Positions 1-11,400 of a stretch of DNA of 37,145 bases are shown here, piece by piece. The stretch spans positions 1-37,145 of the forward strand of contig JAAPAO010000351.1 in NCBI GenBank assembly GCA_013115145.1, given 5' to 3'. Every line of letters begins with the position of its first letter. Position 1 is the stretch's first letter. This DNA comes from Perkinsus chesapeaki ATCC PRA-425 (taxonomy: Eukaryota > Protista > Perkinsozoa). The position numbers were made by a program, and so were the translations under genes. Under the pieces are notes generated by a model that searched no databases, was not told the origin of the DNA, and was given only the letters and a program-made list of their open reading frames with translations.

Positions 1-833
1 GTGGGTATGTCACCCGATAGGAAGCCTCGAGCGAGATGTGCGTCATGAAGACCTGCGGTTACTGCCGCTTCATTAGCTGATGTATAAAACTCATCAATTT
101 GGTAAACGGCATATAGTTCAGATATTGCGTCATCGAGCTTGAAGCTATCCGGGAGGCGCTCTACGTTGGTGAACTCCATCTCCTGATACACAATCCCGCT
201 GTGTTGCTCATTAGTTGCAACGAGTCTAACTGGTGATTCATCTTTATCATCCATGTAGAGGGTCCACATATCAGGCGCAACGCCGCTAACATATAATGTG
301 CTCATATTCATACCCGTATCGGGATGCAAACCGTCGAAGCTTGCCCTCTTCCAGACGTTTAAGGTAGCCCCGTCTTGAACGGTTTGGCCTTGACGAGCCC
401 AACCAGCTTCAATGAGGTTTGTTACACCAGAGAACTCATCTACAGAGAAGTCGGCGTGGCCAGAGCTGACCATGTTAAAAGACCGATGATTGTAGAGAAG
501 GTCGACAGAAACGTAACCGGATTTGGAAGTAGTCATGATGTACTGGTAGGGATAGCTGGGGTGGCTCATTACGGAAGCCACTCCCGTGACGGTTGATATG
601 ACATGCTCTTTAGTGTTGAGGACGCCATCTTTCATACCGGGAAGTATTAGGCCCATAGTCTCCCTCGCGGTTGATCGCCGGCAGGGAGCTGAAAGGCCCT
701 CGTGGGTCTTGAGCTCATCGATGCAATACTGTTTAGTGTCAACAAGGAACCGGTAGTTACCTTTAGTTAAGCAGTATCCTCCTCGTATAAAAGTTACGAG
801 GAATAAAACGAACAGATATATATGATAGTGCAT
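1..833 (-). CDS. Uncharacterised secreted protein, N-terminal part only (runs off the left edge); intronless over these 833 nt
   Basis: Manual translation gives an open frame from ATG 833 to the window edge: MHYHIYLFVLFLVTFIRGGYC-LTKGNYRF...WTLYMDDKDESPVRLVATNE...LSGDIP. The hydrophobic N-terminus looks like a signal peptide. It is absent from the ORF track because there is no stop in the window. Family not recognised. Confidence 0.75.
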   Translation of the reverse strand, partial: MHYHIYLFVLFLVTFIRGGYCLTKGNYRFLVDTKQYCIDELKTHEGLSAPCRRSTARETMGLILPGMKDGVLNTKEHVISTVTGVASVMSHPSYPYQYIMTTSKSGYVSVDLLYNHRSFNMVSSGHADFSVDEFSGVTNLIEAGWARQGQTVQDGATLNVWKRASFDGLHPDTGMNMSTLYVSGVAPDMWTLYMDDKDESPVRLVATNEQHSGIVYQEMEFTNVERLPDSFKLDDAISELYAVYQIDEFYTSANEAAVTAGLHDAHLARGFLSGDIP

Positions 834-1249
834 GTAGCCACAAGACCGTGACACACCGATATAAGCACAACAGAAAAAGATGTTCATACGTATCGAGCTT
901 GCGCGCGTCATTATAATCGATTAAGAGCTCTTGCCAATCTTCTAACGACAGACCCCCATCCCTTGCTGACCTTTAAGGTCAAGGATGAAGCTACGGCCAA
1001 GGAGGAGATATGGCGATAAATATTAGACTGAGTTCGCAGTATGTGTCAAGTATTGATGATTTGTTGTATTGTTCTCGGTGTATCATGTTTTATAACAATT
1101 GTGCTCTTTCCAATAGAGCCTTGGCATTTTAATAAGTTTCAGGCTCTTCGGTTTACCTCACTGCGCTAAAAAGCACAGCCCGGTGTCCAATCAGAATCTG
1201 GTCGAGGGAAGTTTGAGAATCTTAAAGATCCTCAGAATGGGACCCAATC

Positions 1250-1353
1250 TTCATTAAACCAATTCTGAGATTGAGAATCGATTCCAGCATCGCATTTTAC
1301 GTGTTGAAAGCAGTTCTGGAATCGATTCTGAATTTCAAAATCGGTTTATTGAA
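1250..1353. repeat. Imperfect 38-bp inverted repeat (1250-1287 / 1316-1353) in the divergent intergenic region
   Basis: TTCATTAAACCAATTCTGAGATTGAGAATCGATTCCAG versus the reverse complement of the right arm, TTCAATAAACCGATTTTGAAATTCAGAATCGATTCCAG. The inner 14 bp match perfectly, and each arm contains the palindrome GAATCGATTC. Confidence 0.85.
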
Positions 1354-1590
1354 CGACCCCAGAATCTTTGAGTCTAAGAAAGATCTTGCTATCTTATCTT
1401 AACCCATGCAGTCGTTGCAAAGGTTGACTGTGATACTAATTCTTTGAGCTCATTCTAGAACTCCCTCCAGTACCACTCCAGATGCCGATTCACGGCGATG
1501 TCGGCTCCCCTAGGGTTCCCCAGCTGATAATGGTTCGTCGGGAATCAGTAACTCCCCGTCGTGTAGGCTTTTTGGGGCCTTCCACCAACC

Positions 1591-4500
1591 ATGTCCACAG
1601 TGGTGCCAGCTGAGAGCAACTCTCCAAATATCAATGAGGAGGATAAAAATAAAGACAAAAAGAAACGCAATCATCACAAGAAAAAAACAACTCCGACGGT
1701 TCCACAAGTACCCAAGCAACCCCAGCCTCGATTTCACCATTTACCAGGTGGCTCCACCGCCGAGCTGTCCTGCGGCCGCAGCAGCTCAGGCCGCCGTTGC
1801 ATTGCTGAAGCAACGAGAGCACGAACGCCGAATCGCTGAGGAGGCCAGACGGGCTGCCGAGGAGGAGTAATGAGTGATTCAGAGCGCCCTTTGAAGAGTA
1901 TGTATCAGGATAAAACAAAGTAAAGTGGCACCGGTTGTTGCGGAGCCTGCGGTCTCGGGGAAGAAAAAAAAGAAGAACCCCAAACCGGGGCCGCTAACTG
2001 ATAGGGATAGGCAGTAGGACAGCTGGGTACGCCGAACTAATAATGATCAGGTTCCGAGAATTCCTGCAGCAATCGGGGCAGGTCCCCGGGGGGAACGAAG
2101 ACGCTCAGTCGCCGTCTAGGCGACCGAGAACCCAAAGCGAAATGTAACAAATGTGCAGGTGGAGGAAATCATCGCTTCCTTCGAGGTATAAGAAGAAGAA
2201 TGCGTGCAAGTCCAAGATAGAAGAGCACGCTCCACAGAGCCCCAGAGCGTCTATTGGAAGCTCCGATGAAGACGAGGATCATGATAGCTTCGGGTAGGCC
2301 GTGTCGGTCTATTACTATCTCAAAGAGCCTGGTCGAGGTCTCCTTCGTGGGAGATGGTCGATCTACCATCACCCGAAGGCACTGGAGTAGTTGTAACGCC
2401 GATACAGGGGTCTACAACCCCGTCACCGTCGAAGGGAGTGGTAGCACCTTCACACGCCGCAGGTAGTCAGGACCTATTGGAGGAAGGAGGAGGAGTGCTG
2501 CCTGAGCCTTAGCAAACTGATGGAAAAAAACGGCAACTCTAGAATACAATTTTCATCTTGGAATATATTCAATAAAACCATTGTTACGGTTGTTCGGTCC
2601 TTCCTTATCACTTCAATTGGAGACATGCATTCACATTTCGCCAGATCTTTTTCCTTCACCGAGATACATTAGTCTCTCGGGGGTGATCCGACCAAGTCAG
2701 GCTGCAATCGGCTTTTCTCGAGACGTGGCTGATCTGTACCGACGTGCTTTCAGATGGGGGCTCCACAGAGGGGCACCCCTCGGGTCTGAGGGCTCCTGTT
2801 ATCTGCGTGCTTGGGCACTCCGATGCCGGCAAGACTAAGCTGCTGGACAGGATAAGGAATTCTAAAGTTCAAGAAGGTAGTTTAATGAGTAGACCTCGAA
2901 GCCATTGGCTACTCCAGGCGAGGCCGGAGGGATATCACAACAGATTGGGGCCACGATGGTACCGAGAGAAGTGCTTACTGAGATGTCACAGAGGGTTAAG
3001 AAGTTACAGACAGAAGAGGTGCTGCGGTGGGAGGAGGAGTTGGGGACAGGAATTGTGTACAAGATACCGCGGGGAACTGCTAATATTAGATTCTTAGAAG
3101 GTTGCTGACATCTCTCCGATGTGAACTGGACTGGGTGCGATGAGTCTCCGAGCCCCGCGGGGAGGTGTTCCTCGAACGGTACAAATGTTCCTATTAGAGA
3201 CTCCCATAGGAAAAACGTTCCCAAGGCGAATGAATTACTTCTAGGAGCATTTAATGCCTCTTTATGACTCGCCGGGGTATCTTAGGTTGATCCGTGTCTG
3301 ACACGTACGAATCTAATCATATCGAAGCGTTCAGATCCCCGGTCTGCTCCTGTTGGACACCCCTGGCCACGAGACCTTTAATAATTTGAGACATCGTGGC
3401 AGCTCCATCTGCGATGTTGGTATTGTTGTGGTAGGCCAGCTGTGATTGCTGCAAAGCTCTCCTAGCTTTATTAAGGTCGATATAATGCATGGGTTAGAAA
3501 GGCAAACCAAAGAGGCAATAGCTATGCTGCGAAGTCAACGAAGGCCCTTCGTGGTGGCACTTAATAAAGTGAAGATCGTCTTGGAATCTCAGTGATCACC
3601 GCATCAGTCCACAGGTCGATCGTCTCTACGGCTGGCAGGCCAACGAGACTGCTTCGGTGAGGCAAACTCTAGGGAAGCAATCGAGAGGCGCCTCAGATGA
3701 ATTTGAAATGAGATGGACGAAAGTGAAGGTGCGCGGATGATCAATACCATCCACTCCTATCTCTCATAAGCTAGGTCGGCCTGGCCGAGCTTGGCCTCAA
3801 CTCAGCTCTCTATTGGGAACCCGGGCATGATGAGAGAAGGGACATCTCAGTTGTGCCAGTCTCAGCGCTCAGCGGCGACGGTATCGCCGACCTGCTCCTG
3901 CTTTTAGTAATGAGTTTCCATCGTTCTCATAACGCTGACTGCCGATTGCCTTTCAGTCATCATTTTCACAGCGGTTCCTCTCGAACCGTCTAGCGGTGAA
4001 GTCCGGCCCTCTGGTCTGTACAGTCCTGGAGGTCAGGGAGGCAGTCGGCATGGGAATTTGTGCAGATGTCATCCTTCTACAAGGAAGTAAGTTACCTCTC
4101 GAAATCGCCTCCGCCCACTCTGCTCAGGTCTGAGTGAGGGCGATCATATCACGGTCAGGAACAGGAGTAACGAGACCATCTCGAGCACTATCAGAGCGCT
4201 TGTGACGCCCAAACCGCTGGAGTAGTTTCATTACTGTGGTTTCCATCTCGATATGTATCCCCCATCAGAGAGCTTCGTCTGCAGGGAGGAGGTGCTGCTG
4301 CCTACAATTACCATCACTCAGTCACTGGCACCGCAGCCGTCAGAATAAGCGGACCCAATCTGGGGAATGTAGAAACTCTCGCCCCTGAGAAGCTCCCAGT
4401 GCTTCCGCGGATCAGATTCAAGCTGGCTCTCCTCTTACAGTTGATGAAGGAAGAGGTCGAACCGCGAGTGTAAGACATCTAAAAGATTCCTTTTAGTTCT

Positions 4501-5399
4501 TTCCAGGCATCTTCCACGGTCACTAGCCCCGCCAGCTCCGCTGGGGGCGTCACACTGAAGTGTTCCTCTATGGGCGGCCTTGAGGCCCTCACTAAGCTCG
4601 TTCAGGATCTCCGAGCTCCCATCGGACAGTCTGGCATCGGAGATGTAAAGGCTACACGCATCACGTGCTCACCACCCGACTTCAGGTGCATCTTTTCGAC
4701 GTTCGCAAGGCATCTTGCGTCCTCACTAATAATGGTAAGTTCAGCGTTATCCTCGCCTTTGACGTGAAGGTCAATAGCGATGCCAGAGTTGAGGCTGATA
4801 AGCTCGGGGTACGGCTTGGCCCATCAGTGTTATTGCATCTTCTTCCAGGTTCGGATTATTGAAGGTGATGTTATCTACAAGATAGTAGATGAACTCAAGA
4901 TGTATCTCGAAGGCAAAGAGGATGAACGGTGGGGATCCTCGCATGCTCCGAACGCCACGGTTTTTCCAGGCGAAAGGAGGAGGCTGCGTTGGCCGTTTTC
5001 CCGTGTGTTGTATCTTTGGTGCCGTCTCTGATACTTTCACGGAAGCCACCTTTCCATTTTGGCCTCTACGTTGAGGAAGGCGTTCTGCGTGTCGGCACAC
5101 CGTTATGTGTTGCTAGTAAAAAGCACACCCAACTCGGTAAAGTAATTTCGCTAAAGTCGGCCAGCGGCGACCGGTCTGTCGATGAGGCTACCGCTGGTGA
5201 CACAGTTGTGGTGAGGCTGTCAACTCCACAGAACAACGTGTGGTTTGGAAGTGGTGGAGGCCTCGAGGAGCAGAGCAAGATCGTATCATACATTACTCGG
5301 GAAAGCATAGACTTTTTGAAGACGTATCACAGGGATGCCGTGAAGCTTCAAGATTGGGATCTGGTGGTTAGATTGAAGAAGCTCTTTGATATCACATGA
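1591..5399 (+). CDS. eIF5B: Translation initiation factor eIF5B (IF2 family GTPase), multi-exon, divergent
   Basis: Exon peptides: [87 protein letters not shown], and C-terminal [10 protein letters not shown]...[15 protein letters not shown]. The N-terminus is Lys/Glu-rich. The start codon and several internal exon borders are approximate. Confidence 0.9.
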
Positions 5400-5505
5400 T
5401 AAATCATCACATTAGTGATTGCAGCTATCTTGCTTGACATATGATGCTTTTCAAACTGCTGGAACAAGTGTTGAGTTAAAAGTGAGTGGACTGTAACACT
5501 AATAA

Positions 5506-5746
5506 AAAAGGCAAGCGGGACCACACTACTGTACGAATAAAAGGCAAGCGGGACCACACTGCTGTACGAATAAAAGGCAAGCGGGACCACACTACTGTAC
5601 GAATAAAAGGCAAGAGGGACCACACTACTGTACGAATAAAAGGCAAGAGGGACCACACTACTGTACGAATAAAAGGCAAGCGGGACCACACTTCTGTACG
5701 AATAAAAGGCAAGCGGGACCATACTACTGTACGAATAAAAGGCAAG
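5506..5746. repeat. 33-bp minisatellite, about 7.3 copies
   Basis: Unit AAAAGGCAAGCGGGACCACACTACTGTACGAAT recurs at 5506, 5539, ... with few substitutions. It explains the spurious repeat ORFs (KGKRDHTTVRI)n and (PLAFYSYSSVV)n. Confidence 0.97.
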
Positions 5747-5944
5747 ATAATTATTATAATTGCTGACCATGCGAGAGATTGGGCTCAATGATGTTTAAAC
5801 CTACGAGGGTTATTTTGGTAACTTGTCCTGTGTCAGGTCTCCTGACTTCCTGCTTGGGCTGCCGTGCTGCTCTATGAGTATCACGCTTCAAATCCTGACA
5901 AATCTCCGAATTCATTACACTACAATTGCTCTAGTTCCCATGAA

Positions 5945-6190
5945 CTAATGCCCCGAGTTCCCACCAACCACAGATGTATCGCCCATAACAGCAGCAGATG
6001 AAGAAGTTGTCCATTCCCTAACGGTCGAAGCCTTCAAGAACGCCTTGCCCTCGAAAGGATCTTGCGCAGTACCAGAGGTACTGTACCACCATTTGAGCCT
6101 CCTTTGTAACACAACAGAGCGAGTCTGCTGATACTGTGATCCTGGAACAGTAATGAGATTACGACCTCTAGTGGAATGGACGGCAAAAGG
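5945..6190 (-). pseudogene. Possible decayed retroelement RNase H/connection remnant
   Basis: Start-less open frame ...LQRRLKWWYSTSGTAQDPFEGKAFLKASTVREW...GDTSVVGG loosely resembles the LxWW...DPxxG...(T/G)DAS pattern of retroelement pol. Pattern recognition only. Confidence 0.25.
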
Positions 6191-6374
6191 TTAATAATGT
6201 ACTCCTGATAACATCATTGTAGCCTTCGGGAAGGTATAATATGAAAGAGAATAGCCAACCGAATCGTGACAGTAAGTCACACTATGATTTTGGATGATAT
6301 TTCTATGATAGAAATTCTATCCAATAATTTTAGGACATCTTTCTGGAGATTTTAATCGAGACGTTTATATTGTG

Positions 6375-7361
6375 TTAGTAATATACTTGATATTCACAGA
6401 GCCCTGACACCATGGATCCACCACCATACTTCTCGCAATTAAGCGGGCTTCTGCGGATGAGATGGCTATCTAGATCCTTAATTGATTTGAATCTATGCGG
6501 TTTATCCCGGAACAGCTGAGCAACAAATAAAGACATTGAACTGGAAACTCGGAAAGCATCCTTCGACTTTATTAATCCATCTTTCAATGGATAAAACCAA
6601 ACGTATGGAACCATTTCCGGGTGCCACTGAAGACTATACATAGGAGGCATGCCAGGCTGGGACTCCATACTGGCGGAGAATACGTTACCATTAGGATCTT
6701 TGCTGGTACTTGTAAGCTTGAACTGCTCCCTTAGACTCGGGTAATTGTCCCACATTTCAGGTGGGACACCGTTCACATGGAAGTTGGGAGTCACTGCCTT
6801 CGTTTTCAAGATCTCCTGCACTTCGGTTGGGAGGGAACCGAGCATTGTTCCCCCGTCCCCAATTATATCCAGATTCAGAGCGATATCAGAAGTCTCGTAC
6901 TTCTCTTTCATAATAACATCTGTGGTACCGGCGGCCAGAGCGGCGAGAAGTTGGTGACCTTGGCATGAACCGAGCAAGGGAAATGGGTCATTCTGTTTGT
7001 GTCTCTCTACGGCATACTCATAAATCTTTGCAGCGGTCTGCTCGTAGAGCCCTTCAAGATTCAAATCAAGGTCACCCTCGCCGAAGTAGACACCACTAAT
7101 AGAAGGTAGAATCCAATGAATAAGTGGATCAGCGTAGCGTAACGGGACAACCTGTAGACCGGCGCTTTCTAGATACTGAACCACATACTCCATGATGAAA
7201 GGACTGCCCCCTAACAGGTCGCCAGGGTGAGTCAGAACTCCAATCACTGGGCTCCAAGGTTCGTAGTCGGAAGAACCACGAAGGTTGTGCGTGTCGTTGG
7301 TAGCACGAGTCATAGCAGCAAGAATGCAGAATGTAGACAACGTATGAAAGAATATAGTCAT
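6375..7361 (-). CDS. GGH: Gamma-glutamyl hydrolase (peptidase C26, class I glutamine amidotransferase fold), secreted, single exon
   Basis: Likely start MTIFFHTLSTFCILAAMTRA (signal-like). Motifs PVIGVL, YVVQYLESAGLQVVP, nucleophile elbow GSCQGHQ, NFHVNGV and catalytic QWHPE. The ORF track extends this frame 60 codons upstream from a non-ATG start. Confidence 0.9.
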   Translation of the reverse strand: MTIFFHTLSTFCILAAMTRATNDTHNLRGSSDYEPWSPVIGVLTHPGDLLGGSPFIMEYVVQYLESAGLQVVPLRYADPLIHWILPSISGVYFGEGDLDLNLEGLYEQTAAKIYEYAVERHKQNDPFPLLGSCQGHQLLAALAAGTTDVIMKEKYETSDIALNLDIIGDGGTMLGSLPTEVQEILKTKAVTPNFHVNGVPPEMWDNYPSLREQFKLTSTSKDPNGNVFSASMESQPGMPPMYSLQWHPEMVPYVWFYPLKDGLIKSKDAFRVSSSMSLFVAQLFRDKPHRFKSIKDLDSHLIRRSPLNCEKYGGGSMVSGLCEYQVYY

Positions 7362-7599
7362 GAGGCTGCAACGAGTGGTCTGGATAGTTGAATGTGAAAT
7401 CCTTTTAATCTGTGACACGCATAGTGACCCTTTTGTCGCCGGTGAAGTGAGACCTCCGAAGACCTTTGCGCTCCAACTTCTGTCCTGCGTCGATGTCTTG
7501 AGGTGCTCGAACAATCGACAAAGGTCTGCTAGAGCTGCCAAACTCGAGCATGAGCGATGTTTTAGGAGTATACTGTACCGGCTGTTCTGCTCGCTGGTT

Positions 7600-7860
7600 G
7601 AGGCTCATTCACGTAGTCCAAGCGGAAGTGGGCTTATTATAGGTGACACGAGCTTTCACAGATAGCGAATACGAAGTATGGGAGGGAAGGTTTTCCGCTT
7701 GAGAGACTTCCTTAAGCCAACGGTGCGAGTACAAAGACTTCATCCGGAACGAATGGTCGGATCACTCGGTAATGCCATTGGCATTATGCCAAGGACCGTT
7801 GTGGTCCTTCGCATAACGCCCATGCGCATGTTATACTCATCTATGGGATGGTCAGTGGAG
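7600..7860 (-). pseudogene. Possible decayed retroelement integrase-core remnant (frameshift and in-frame stops)
   Basis: Restoring one base joins two frames into MGVMRRTTTVLG/HNANGITE*SDHSFRMKSLYSHRWLKEV...HTSYS...YNKP, resembling integrase GI...PxHxxxNGxxERxxxxL...W...Y. Weak. Confidence 0.3.
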
Positions 7861-8499
7861 TTTCAGTAGTGTCAGTAAGAGGCTGTCACCGATGAACGAT
7901 GTCACTCAAGGCGGAGAGGGGAGTTTCTATCCTGAATTCAGTAGTTGAACTATCCATACTGACTGCTTTGGTGCATGGGTGACATATAAGGCATGGTGCT
8001 GTCAGCTTTATGGCTTAGCTTCATGTTTGTAGCTACAGTCTTATACATTCTGTGTAAGTGATTGAGTTGAAGTTGTTATGGTTATCCTACATCCTTCGCA
8101 AGACGTGACAGCTATCTTGTATCACACATTAACACCCGAGTTGGACTGACCTTCTCGCCCAGGCACCGGAATAGGTTCTGAAAGGTATAAATGTGCCCAC
8201 TGTTTAAGGAGAATATAATGCAAGTGTAACCCTGATTTTATAAGGATAAGGGAAATGAGATGCGTTAAAGAATGACGATGTTTCACTGGCCGCGCACCAC
8301 TTCTATCCTTTAATAAAGGACCTTTACGCGACAGGATAATTGGTTAACGGGTTAAGCCACACGTGGGTGCTGGTCCCCTAAACAGAAGGTATTTCTCTGA
8401 GGTGGGTTTCGGGCCTCACCAGCAAGCAACAAGGGGAGCGTTGAGTGCGTCAACACCATAGCTTGATAGAGCGGTGGCATCGCACGGGAAGGTGCCTTG

Positions 8500-11400
8500 A
8501 TGAGTATAGTCAGTTGAATCAGGGACGTGCCCTTATTGTGATGTTCTCGCTCATTAAGCCGGCGTCCGCCAAAACCAGTTCTAGAACCGGTTCCGAGTTT
8601 CGGAACTGGTTACTAAATGACGATCCGAGTTTGTTCGTTCTCCAATTTGCCGATTTGATAATAACTCGTGGAGTTTCCCTCAATACGACGTTGAACTTCC
8701 TATGTACGACGGTCGTTCGTACTGGCGTAACGCAAAAGGCAATAAATGACATCACCTTCCTTAATGTTCATGTAGAGTACATTATAACAATAGTGCGGAC
8801 AATATGATAACGATTATGTACAATAATGATACGGACGAAGGCCTAGCAAATGCTATGATCCTCGTATTAGTGTTTGGATGGACGTCACCAATATCGAAGC
8901 CACCAATCGGAAGCGTGGCGAGCACCTATAGGAGAATCATGGATGAGGGAAGCCTAGCGAATCTTACGCCAGAGTCTCGAATAGAGCTACAGCCACCACT
9001 GCGACCACAGAACGACACGAACCTGAATACATTAAGATAGGTCATCTGTTGTCTAAGATCTCACCATATGTTGTCCGAAGGCATCTGACTTGGAACGTAG
9101 ACAGGGAAACGAAACCAGTACTCCATTTTGAGGATGTTCTCGGTCGGTAGCACATGAATTAAGAGGCGGTCCTGACGACCATAACAGTTGCACGCGGAGC
9201 GAATGGCGGTTTGCTTACCATTTTTGTAAAGTCAACCCATTTGTCCAGCGTGGTGTCGACTGGGAAGTTCTGTAAATTAAGAACGTCCGATGTGTGCTCA
9301 ACAGCGTGAATGAAACCTGATGAGCCGTTTGATGGCCGCCACCGCGGCTCGGACGTACCCGGTGGCAGTGTTATGAGAACGCTGGTGACGGCGATCACGC
9401 CCGAGGTGTCGGGGATAACTTGCTGCAAGAACTCAAAACGGACCTCCACACCGAGCTTGGATTCAGCACGAACCGTCGACGGATACCTGACAGCACCGTG
9501 AGATCCTGTAGCCGTTCAAACTTGCCATCTCAAGCAGTCTGGCCGCCTTATGGTTTGAACCACAATGGAAGCCGCTTCCTGGAGTGTCCCGTCGTCCGAG
9601 GTATCAGTGAAGCTCGGGCCCTGGACATTGGTGGCACCATCCACCACCTGCAGTAGGCATATAGACCATCAAGTGAAAAGTGCCTACATTGCCGTCCAGG
9701 TCCAACAGTATCATATCGAACGCAGTGTGCAGCGGTTGTTGCTCAGGCATGCTCACATCAATGATAAAGGCATAGTCTCCGGGGAACTGAGCCAGGTAGA
9801 ATGCCTAGAGGCATGAGGGCATGAGGGAACCCACCAAAGTCTCCGTCAATTTTATCGCGAAAAATGGTCGGTTTGAATCGGTCGTCTCGTCGATGCTGCA
9901 GATGTCGGCCGGGTTCTGAAACAGACGGTATCATCGGGCATAAATTTTATCGAGATACAGCGAACAGCGAGTATACAATTTCACCAGGTATAGGAGTTTG
10001 ACCTTCAGCTAGCGCCTGCCGAGGCACGCAGCTGTCTGCTAAACTTACATCGATCGAATGGAAGGGCAAAGATATCTTCGTGAAGGTGCTACAAGAGAAC
10101 TGCAAGCCAGGAGGATAGACCACCTTGAGCTCACCGCCAGCAGCGACTTTCAGAACCTACTGGCCGTTCGGGCGAGTGTGGTAAGGTTGGCTATTACACT
10201 GCGGAATGTGAACGCAGTTTGACTGACGATATTCAGCAGCCTGCCGTAGGTTACACTGACCGATCTGAACGAAGGAGAACTGTCGGGGAGGAATAAAGGG
10301 AATCTTACTTCATCTGTACGACGTCAAATTGCACTGAGCTTTCTCCCCAGCCGATGCGTTCATCCGAAAGCAGCTTGCCCTCGACGAACCACTTAACTGT
10401 GGAGATGGGCGTCTGCGCCGGTGTGATGACCTAAACTCCACAAGTATCTTTTCTTCGTCGAGCTTCCCCTCATCGACCTTGAGGATGAGACCATGAGTCG
10501 GCTCGGAGATGGCATCTCGGAAGGTTAACCTTGCAGTTGGTCTGCCGCCGACCGCGTCAGTGGAGGTCTTAGCAAGAGCGGTGCAGCCTGTCACAACCTG
10601 CTCAATGACAGATGACAGTTCGATATGAAGGCGCTGAGACTACCGCTCTGGAGCTCCCGCCGGACACAAGACAATCGTCCACGAACACAAAAGTCGGTGG
10701 CGCCACTAGAGTGAGCTCGACAGGCCTGAAAAGTTCGATATATTTTTCCCGAATAAACTGGGCACAGGTCACCTGGCCTGGCCAGGAGTTAGAAGAATGC
10801 TGACGTCTATGATGGCATTCGGTGGGCTACGACCGGCGACGATTTCCAAGCCGAGAGGGTAGACCAGTTTAAAGCCACCTAAGAGTAGCACAATCAAACC
10901 AGTAAAGGGCACCGTTTCTACCGGTTAGGCCATCATCGGTGTTCAGTGGTAGGGCTTCGAGGCCGTCGGCATCAACTGACAACCGTCTACACCAAGGGTT
11001 GCGTATAAAACCTACCATCTGGATCGGACCCTTCTGGTCCCCACGTCTCCAAGCGCCAATGTATCAGACCAGCAGCCGCCGAGGCAGGCGTCCAGCACTC
11101 CACGGCCACGCGGTATTCTGACGGGAGCAATTGGACAGTGAATGCCCCCGAGGAGTAACCACCTGTGCTCTCCGACAGACCCTCGGTGACGAGCTGCGCG
11201 ATTAGAAGGTTGCCGTCGTAGAACACAACTGTGGTGTTGATGAGGCGACCTGACCGACTCCTACGCGGCTGGCCAGCCCTTCCGGCCTACCATCGGCGGT
11301 AGTAACTCGGAAGCCTCCGGACATTTGGTACTCTCCGCCAGACACCCGGAACACCCCACCGACCGGCACCCTCTGGGTAAGGAACACCGGGAACAAAGCG

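Noticed and set aside
5348-5791. Repeat-peptide ORFs on both strands, and a CRISPR-like appearance
   Set aside because: Head-to-tail 33-bp minisatellite without spacers; eukaryotic context; no cas genes.
7362-7541. 60-codon N-terminal extension of GGH in the ORF track
   Set aside because: Non-ATG start; the ATG at 7361 directly precedes a signal-peptide-like segment.
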